Part shown: positions 17,730-24,000 of the stretch, piece after piece
Numbering within the stretch: position 1 is the stretch's first letter
Layout of the letters: the number at the start of each line of letters is the position of its first letter
NCBI RefSeq assembly: GCF_000963705.1
Contig: NZ_LAJY01000137.1
Span: 1 to 24,000, forward strand
From: Elstera litoralis
Lineage (GTDB): Bacteria > Pseudomonadota > Alphaproteobacteria > Elsterales > Elsteraceae
Direction: 5' to 3'
Length of the DNA: 24,000 nt
The notes under the pieces: generated by a model
What the model was told of the DNA's origin: nothing
Seen by the model: only the letters and a program-made list of their open reading frames with translations
The model's database searches: none
Position numbers and translations under genes: made by a program

Positions 17730-18708
17730 CCGCCCCGATTTTAGAGATTGAGCGCGTTACCAAGCGTTTCGAAAATAAACTCGATCTTGCCGGTAAACTC
17801 GCCCGCCGCCTCGGCGCGACGGTGGAGGAAAACACCGTTCACGCCCTCGATAGCGTCTCCCTCACGGTTCAGCCCGGCGAAGTGGTCGGGTTGGTGGGGG
17901 AAAGCGGGTGCGGCAAGTCTACCTTGGGGCGCATCGCCGCCGGGATCATGCCGCTGTCCGAAGGCGCGGTGCGCTACCACGGCAAGCCGGTGGGGGCGGA
18001 TAAGTCGGGCCTTGGGATTCAGATGATTTTCCAAGACCCGATGTCCTCCCTCAACCCGCGCAAGAAGGTGATCGACGCCATTGGCGAGGCGGCCCTGTAT
18101 CATGGGTTGGTGGCGCGGCGGGAGCTGGAAGCCTATGTGGTCGATCTGATGGATCAGGTCGGGCTCGACCCCAATTTTCGCCACCGCTACCCGCATCAAT
18201 TCTCCGGCGGCCAGCGTCAGCGCATCGGCATTGCGCGCGCGCTGGCGGTGAAGCCCGATTTTCTGGTCTGCGACGAATCGGTCGCCGCGCTCGATGTCTC
18301 CATTCAAGCCCAAGTGCTGAACCTATTTATGGATTTGCGCGCAGCGCGCGGGCTAACCTATCTGTTCATCAGCCATGATCTTGCCGTGGTCGAACATATC
18401 GCCGACCGCGTGGCGATCCTCTACCTTGGGCGGTTGGTAGAACTGGCGCGGACCGAAGATTTGTTCGCCAATCCCCGCCACCCCTATGCGCAGGCGCTAC
18501 TGTCGCAAATCCCGCGCGTCGATGGCGGGCGGCAGGTGTTTGCGCCGGTGAAGGGCGAGATTCCCTCGCCGCTGCACCCGCCCCCCGGCCTGCCATTTTC
18601 ACCCCGCGCTGCCCGCTGGCGACCGACCGCTGCCGGATCGAAGCCCCGGCCCTGCGTACCCTCGCCCCCGGCCATCAAGCCGCCTGCCATCTGGCGACTG
18701 CCGCATGA
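17726..18708 (+). pseudogene. ABC transporter ATP-binding protein, DppF/OppF-like, C-terminal frame broken as sequenced near 18590-18605
   Basis: ATG 17726 follows GGAGG and overlaps the dppD-like stop (ATGA). It has Walker A GESGCGKS, the signature FSGGQRQR, and Walker B FLVCDESVAALD. After ...SPLHPPPG the track ORF runs on as Pro/Arg-rich nonsense to 18871. Other frames give CHFH (18591-18602) and then PRCPLATDRCRIEAPALRTLAPGHQAACHLATAA, ending at TGA 18706-18708. That matches the family motif GCxFxxRC and overlaps the next ATG. Confidence 0.85.
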
Positions 18709-20603
18709 CGCCCGACATCCTCGATGGGGGCCGAATCCTCCGCTATGCAAACGTGATGGTGCCGATGCGCGACGGCGTGCGCCTGGCCACCGATCTTTAT
18801 TTGCCCGCGCAAGAGGGCGTTGCGGTCGAAGCGCCGCTACCGCTTCTGCTGGAGCGCACGCCCTACGATAAAACCGCAGCGCCGCTCTCTGAAATCTCGG
18901 TCGCCGACCGCACGCCAATGCCGCGCGCCGCTATCGCCGGCCATTTCGCCCGTGCCGGCTATGCCGTGGCGATTCAGGATTGCCGGGGCCGCTATGCGTC
19001 GGAAGGCAGTTTTAGCAAATATACCGGCGAGGCCGCCGATGGGGCCGATACGCTGGCCTGGGCGGTTGCGCAACCTGGTGCGACGGGCGGATTGCGACCT
19101 GGGGGCTGTCCTACGGAGCCCACGCGCAAATGGCCCTCGCCTGCCTCAATCCCCCCGGTCTGGTGGGCATGCTGCTCGATAGCGGCGGTTTCGCCAATGC
19201 CTTTCAGGGCGGCATTCGTCAGGGTGGCGCGTTCGAGTTGAAGCAAGCGACCTGGGCGTTTAAGCACGCGCGCCTCAGCCGAACCGCAAAGGCCGATCCC
19301 CTGATCGCCGCCGCCCTGGACGCCGAAAACATCACCGACTGGTTCCACCGACTGCCCTGGAAGCCGGGCCACAGCCCGTTACGCTGGGTGCCGGAGTATG
19401 AAGACTATTTCTTCAGCCAGTGGCAGGCGGAAAGCTTCGATGAAAGCTGGCAGAAACCCGGCCTTTACGCCCTCGGCCATGTCGACGCGATCCCCGATGT
19501 TCCGATTCTGCTGATCTCAAGCTGGTACGATCCCTACCCGCGCTCGGCGGCGGAGAATTTCGTAGCCCTCACGGGCAGCAAGCGCACGAGTCCCGCCTTT
19601 CTGGTGCTCGGCCCCTGGCTGCACGGTCGGCGCAGTGAGACCCATTCGGGCGATGCCGATTTCGGCCCGGCGGCAACACTCGACGGCACCCTGGCGGAAA
19701 ATTTTCTTCAGTTTAGGCTGGCGTGGTTCAATCGGCTGTTTGACCGCGCCGCGCCGCCGCCGCCGCCCGCCGTGCGCTACTTCCGCATGGGGGGCGGCAC
19801 GGGCCGCAAAACCGCTGAAGGCCGCTTGGATCACGGCGGCACGTGGATGCAGGCCGACACCTGGCCGCCGAGCGCAACGACGCAGGATTTCTTCCTAACC
19901 AAAGACGGCGGCTTTTCCCGCGAGGCACCTGAAGACGTCGTGCGCTATCGCAGTTACCTGTCCGACCCCGCCCATCCGGTCCCCAGCATCGGCGGGGCGA
20001 TTACCTCCGGCGCGCCGATTATGGAGGGCGGCGGCTTCGATCAGCGCGAAGAAGCGCGCTTCTTCGGCTCCCGCGCCCCCTATCTACCCCTCGCCAGCCG
20101 CGCCGACGTGCTGGTGTTCGAAACCGCGCCGCTCGCCGAGGATTTAGACGTGACCGGGCCGATTGTGGTCGAGCTTTTCGTACAATCTTCTGCCCCGGAC
20201 GTGGACCTGTGTATTAAGCTCATCGACGTGTACCCGCCCTCGCCCGATTATCCGCAAGGGTTCGCCCTCAATCTGACCGACGGTATTCAACGCTGCCGCT
20301 TTCGCGACGGCTGGGAGGTGCCTCAGCCGATGGAGCCTGATCGTATCTACCGCGTGCGGGTCGAAGCCTTTCCCACCGCCAACCTGTTCAAAGCCGGGCA
20401 CCGCCTGCGCCTCGATATTGCCAGTTCCAACTTCCCCCATTTCGACGTGAACCCGCAGACCGGCGCCCCCCGCCTGGAAAAGCGGCCCGACCCAAACCGC
20501 CACCGTGCGGATCTATCTAGACGCGGCGCACCCGTCGCGCCTGCTGCTGCCCGTCAATCCCACTGCAACGCCGCTGCTTAACCAAACTCAGGGAGATGAA
20601 TGA
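18705..20603 (+). pseudogene. CocE/NonD-family (peptidase S15, X-Pro dipeptidyl-peptidase-like) hydrolase, two 1-nt indels as sequenced (about 19075 and the C6 run 20466-20471)
   Basis: The N-terminal MVPMRDGVRLATDLYLP...PLLLERTPYDK and AGYAVAIQDCRGRYASEG are typical. After AVAQP the conserved sequence continues in the -1 frame as WCDGRIATWGLSYGAHAQ, which holds the GxSYxG nucleophile motif. Near the end, ...FDVNPQTGAP continues in the +1 frame as AWKSGPTQTATVRIYLDAAHPSRLLLPV, the family C-terminus. The gene then ends at TGA 20601-20603, overlapping the next ATG. Confidence 0.85.
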
Positions 20604-22189
20604 TGAATTTTCGATGGATGCGCCCGCTGGCCCTCGGCATCGGCCTCACCGCCGCCCTGACCGGCGGCACGGCCTTGGCCCAAGCCCCCGACCTGATTAT
20701 CGCGCGCGGCAACGAGCCCGTCTCGATGGACCCGCAGTTCGCCCGCACCGGCAATAACCAGATGACCGCCGCCCATATTTTCGAGCGCCTCGCCGGGGTC
20801 GATGAGAATATGCGCGCGACGCAGCAGTTGGCGCTGTCGTGGAAGGCGCTCTCGCCGCTGGTGTGGGAAGTAAAACTTCGTCCCGGTGTGACTTTCCACG
20901 ATGGCAGCCCGTTTACGGCGGAAGACGTGGTGTTTTCGCTCCAACGCCCGCCAACCATTCCGAATTCTCCTGCGTCCTTCGCCCCCTCGGTCGCCGGGAT
21001 CGAGAAAATGGAGATTATCGACCCGCTTACCCTGAAGATCACCTCGAAAACTCCCGATCCTTTGTTCGTGAACGAAATCGGCCGGGTGTTCATCGTTTCG
21101 AAAAAGGCCGCCGAGGGCGCTACCAACGATCAATTCAACAAAGGCACCGCCACCATTGGCACCGGCCCCTATAAGTTTGTCGATTGGACGCCGGGCGGGC
21201 AGCTCAACCTCGTGCGCTACGATGGCTACTGGGGCAAAAAGGCCGAGTTCGAGCGGGTACAACTGCGCTTCATCAGCAATGCCGCCTCCCGCGTGGCCGC
21301 GCTGAAGGCGGGCGACGTGCAGATGATCGATCTGGTCCCGCCGAACTTTGTGGAAGAGCTGAAGAAAGACGCGAATATTCAGGTCGCCGAAGCCGATTCG
21401 CTGCGCCTAATCTATCTCGCCCTCGATAGCGCCCGCGACGTCAGCCCCTTCCTCACCGATTTGGATGGAAAGGCGTTGACCAGCAACCCGCTCAAAGACG
21501 TGCGCGTGCGCCAAGCCCTGTCGAAACTGATCGACCGGCCCCGCCTGATCGAGCGCGTGTTGACCAATGCCGGAACCGCGTCCGGGCAAATGGTGCCGGA
21601 AGGCGTATTCGGCTATAATCCCGACCTGAAGCCGACCGCCTTCGACCCCGAGGGCGCAAAGAAACTGCTGGCCGACGCAGGCTGGCCGAAGGGGTTCGGC
21701 ATAACTTTGCACGGCTCCAACGACCGTTTTGCGCAAGACAGCAATATCACCCAAACCATCGGCCAGCTTTTCGCGCGCGGTGGATTGAAGGTGAACGGCA
21801 TTCAAAGCCTGCCCTATAGTGTTTTCGCCAAAGCGGCGACGGCGGGCGAGTATTCCGCCTTCCTCTTCAGCTACGGTTCGACCACCGGCGAAGCCTCCGC
21901 CGGGCTCGATAGCGTGCTGCACAGTTTCGATAAGGAAAAGGGCCTCGGCGGCAACAACCGCACGCGCTATTCCAATGCAGCTTTCGATGCGCTGCTCGAA
22001 CAGGGCATGGCCGAGTTCGACGATGCGAAGCGCGAAAAGCTCCTGCAGCAGGCCAGCAAAATCGTCTTCGACGACGTCGGCATTCTTCCGCTCTACTGGC
22101 AGAAAGTGGCCTGGGCGACGCGCAAGGGCTTCGTTTACCAGGGCCGCCGCGACGAACATACGGTTGCCATGAATGTTAGCCGCCAATAG
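20600..22189 (+). CDS. ABC transporter substrate-binding protein, family 5 (DppA/OppA-like), secreted
   Basis: 529-aa ORF with the signal peptide MMNFRWMRPLALGIGLTAALTGGTALAQA. Family-5 SBP features include WEVKLRPGVTFHDGSPFTAEDVVFS and GTGPYKFVDWTPGGQLNLVRYDGYWG. Confidence 0.92.
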   Translation: MMNFRWMRPLALGIGLTAALTGGTALAQAPDLIIARGNEPVSMDPQFARTGNNQMTAAHIFERLAGVDENMRATQQLALSWKALSPLVWEVKLRPGVTFHDGSPFTAEDVVFSLQRPPTIPNSPASFAPSVAGIEKMEIIDPLTLKITSKTPDPLFVNEIGRVFIVSKKAAEGATNDQFNKGTATIGTGPYKFVDWTPGGQLNLVRYDGYWGKKAEFERVQLRFISNAASRVAALKAGDVQMIDLVPPNFVEELKKDANIQVAEADSLRLIYLALDSARDVSPFLTDLDGKALTSNPLKDVRVRQALSKLIDRPRLIERVLTNAGTASGQMVPEGVFGYNPDLKPTAFDPEGAKKLLADAGWPKGFGITLHGSNDRFAQDSNITQTIGQLFARGGLKVNGIQSLPYSVFAKAATAGEYSAFLFSYGSTTGEASAGLDSVLHSFDKEKGLGGNNRTRYSNAAFDALLEQGMAEFDDAKREKLLQQASKIVFDDVGILPLYWQKVAWATRKGFVYQGRRDEHTVAMNVSRQ

Positions 22190-22199
22190 GCGGCGGGGA

Positions 22200-23408
22200 A
22201 TGTCAGCCGCAAATAAGGCTGCGGTTCGCGTTGCGCTGGCGGGTCAGTCCCTGATCCGCCACGATCCGCTTCCGGGGGCCGGGGCTGAAACCCTGGCTCT
22301 CGCAGAGCTGCTGCGCGGCTGCGATGCCGCCTTCACCAATTTCGAAGGCAGCATCGCTGGCCGCTTCGGCGGTTGGCCGATGAAGGATAAGGCCGCCCAC
22401 GGGATCGCCCCAGCGCTGCTGGACGTTCTCAAGAACTTCGGCTTCACTCATCTCTCCCTCGCCAATAATCACGCGGGCGATTTGGGGCCGAACGGTATTC
22501 TCTCGACCCTGGAAGAGACCCACGCGCGCGGCTTTACCGTCGCGGGCACGGGGCCGACGCTAACGGCGGCAACCCAGGCCGGCTTGGGCGGAGGGCTCGC
22601 CGTGGTGGCGATGGACGCCGGGCCGTGGGACGCCTCGGTCTATGCGAGCGATGGGGTTGAGGGCGGGCCGGGCCGCCCTGGTGTCAATCGCTTGAAAGTC
22701 TCGCGGCGCTTGGGATTACCGCCGGAAGTTCTGGCACAATTCGCCACATTGGCCGCGCAGATGGGGGATAGCCAACGCCTAAAAACCCGTGTGGCCGTGG
22801 GCTTCCAGACGCCAACGCCGCCGGGCTGCCAAAGTTTCTTCGGCCTCACGCTCGAAGCCGCCGCTGCGCCGGAAGAGCGTTGGACGATCGATGAGGTCGA
22901 TCTCGCCCGCCAAGAAGCCGCCATCGCCGCCGCCAAAGCCACGGGCGCGCTGGTCATCGCGTCGCTCCACACGCACCATTGGCCCGCCGATTGGGAGAAG
23001 CCCGCGCCCTGGATACCCGGTCTCGCCCGCCACCTGCTCGCAGCGGGGGCCGATCTTTTCGTCGGGCATGGTGCGCCGGTACTGCACGGAATGGATTTGA
23101 TCGATGGGAAACCCGCCTTCTATGGCCTCGGGAATTTCATGTTCCACTCACAACGCCAAAGCGTGCGCCCGCACCCGTCGCTATGGCGCAGCATTCTCGC
23201 GGTGCCAAGCTTTGCGGGCGGGCGATTGATCGGTCTCGACATTCACGCCCTGCGCCTCGGCGGCGGCGATCAGGCCCGCAGCGACGACCGACCGGGGCTG
23301 TGGCGCGGCCCCGAGGCGGCGGCATTTCTGCGCGCGTGGCGTGAGGAGACCCCGCCCGCCGGATGGAACGGCGGGGATGGCCTCTTGTCGCTTGCGTTGG
23401 GCGGTTAG
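22200..23408 (+). CDS. CapA-family (poly-gamma-glutamate CapA/PgsA-like, metallophosphatase-fold) protein
   Basis: I prefer ATG 22200 (GGCGGGGA upstream) to the track start at 22173. Motifs TNFEGS, LSLANNHAGDLG, SLHTHHW and FYGLGNF resemble the CapA family. It is the last gene of the ABC operon. Confidence 0.7.
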   Translation: MSAANKAAVRVALAGQSLIRHDPLPGAGAETLALAELLRGCDAAFTNFEGSIAGRFGGWPMKDKAAHGIAPALLDVLKNFGFTHLSLANNHAGDLGPNGILSTLEETHARGFTVAGTGPTLTAATQAGLGGGLAVVAMDAGPWDASVYASDGVEGGPGRPGVNRLKVSRRLGLPPEVLAQFATLAAQMGDSQRLKTRVAVGFQTPTPPGCQSFFGLTLEAAAAPEERWTIDEVDLARQEAAIAAAKATGALVIASLHTHHWPADWEKPAPWIPGLARHLLAAGADLFVGHGAPVLHGMDLIDGKPAFYGLGNFMFHSQRQSVRPHPSLWRSILAVPSFAGGRLIGLDIHALRLGGGDQARSDDRPGLWRGPEAAAFLRAWREETPPAGWNGGDGLLSLALGG

Positions 23409-23600
23409 CTAAAGCGCCGGTTGGCCGTAGCCGCGCGTCAAAAGCACGATCAACGCAAGACCGGTGGGGGCCAGAACCAATGCCCCGTAAAAAATCACCT
23501 GCGGGCCAAAGAAGAGCGCGCTTGCAATCAGCGCGAGCAACAGATTGATAACAAAGAGCGTAGGATTATCGATCTGGTCGCGATGGGGTTCGTGCTGCAT
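23409..23600 (-). CDS. possible small two-TM membrane protein
   Basis: 63-aa ORF with two clear hydrophobic helices (LFVINLLLALIASALFF, IFYGALVLAPTGLALIVLL). The RBS is weak and I recognise no homology, so it could be spurious. Confidence 0.35.
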   Translation of the reverse strand: MQHEPHRDQIDNPTLFVINLLLALIASALFFGPQVIFYGALVLAPTGLALIVLLTRGYGQPAL

Positions 23601-23698
23601 GGCAAATATCTCAGGCTGATTGCGGCGGTAAGGCGGGGGTTGTAGCAGAGGTGCAGTGCAAAATCACGCCCGATCACAGCCCCCGAGCAAAGCCAGCG

Positions 23699-24000
23699 TC
23701 AGGCCGCCTTCACCCCGCGCAAAAAGCCATCGACCACATCGCGCAGGGCCGCGGCTTGGGTCGTCAGCCCCTGGGCTGCGGCGAGCACCCGACCGGCGGT
23801 TTGGCCGGTTTGGCCTGCAACATCGGTAACGCCGCCAATCGTATCGCTGATTTCCTGGGTTCCTTCGGCGGCCTGTTGGACGTTTCGGGCGATTTCTGCG
23901 GTTGCGGCGGACTGCTGCTCGACGGCAGCGGCAACGGTTGCCGCAATCTCATTAATATCGGTAATCCGCGTCAGGATGCTATTGATCGCCGCCACCGCTT
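23699..24000 (-). CDS. methyl-accepting chemotaxis protein, C-terminal end (5' part outside the window)
   Basis: The frame is open to the window edge. The translation includes IAATVAAAVEQQSAATAEIARNVQQAAEGTQEIS, the highly conserved MCP signalling-domain hairpin, followed by a C-terminal tail and a stop at 23699. Confidence 0.85.
   Translation of the reverse strand, partial: AVAAINSILTRITDINEIAATVAAAVEQQSAATAEIARNVQQAAEGTQEISDTIGGVTDVAGQTGQTAGRVLAAAQGLTTQAAALRDVVDGFLRGVKAA

Overview
High-GC (about 64%) chromosomal segment. Gene content (hisZ-purA, fumC, sigma54/RtcR) looks alphaproteobacterial, but that is my inference only. Most of the window is ordinary: hisZ (partial), purA, a P-type cation ATPase with a MarR regulator, an EamA exporter, fumC, a LysR regulator, a 7-gene peptide-type ABC operon that also carries an S15/CocE-NonD hydrolase and a CapA-like protein, and a partial MCP. 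The stand-out locus is 4.6-8.35 kb. It has an Rsr (bacterial Ro60, TROVE+vWA) gene driven by a near-consensus sigma54 promoter and a divergent CARF/sigma54 activator gene, rtcR. Directly downstream of rsr lie three tandem structured RNAs of about 115-125 nt that share a Y-RNA-like closing-stem design. Two of them have a tRNA-like core (T-arm GGTTCAAAT / GGTTCAAGC, D-loop-like TTGGTAGAGCA, GAAA-capped helix). No rtcB or rtcA is present. A second item of interest is a tail-anchored kinase-fold protein with degenerate catalytic motifs (HRA for HRD, no DFG), tightly linked to a 4-TM protein. As sequenced, five plus-strand genes (purA, the kinase-like gene, rtcR, the dppF-like gene, the S15 hydrolase) carry 1-nt indels, seven in total, all at short mononucleotide repeats (2-6 nt, as observed or as inferred for the intact sequence). 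Conserved protein sequence continues in the shifted frame each time. This looks more like sequencing or assembly error than real gene decay, but it must be checked. All assignments come from reading the translations and folding by eye; no database search was run.
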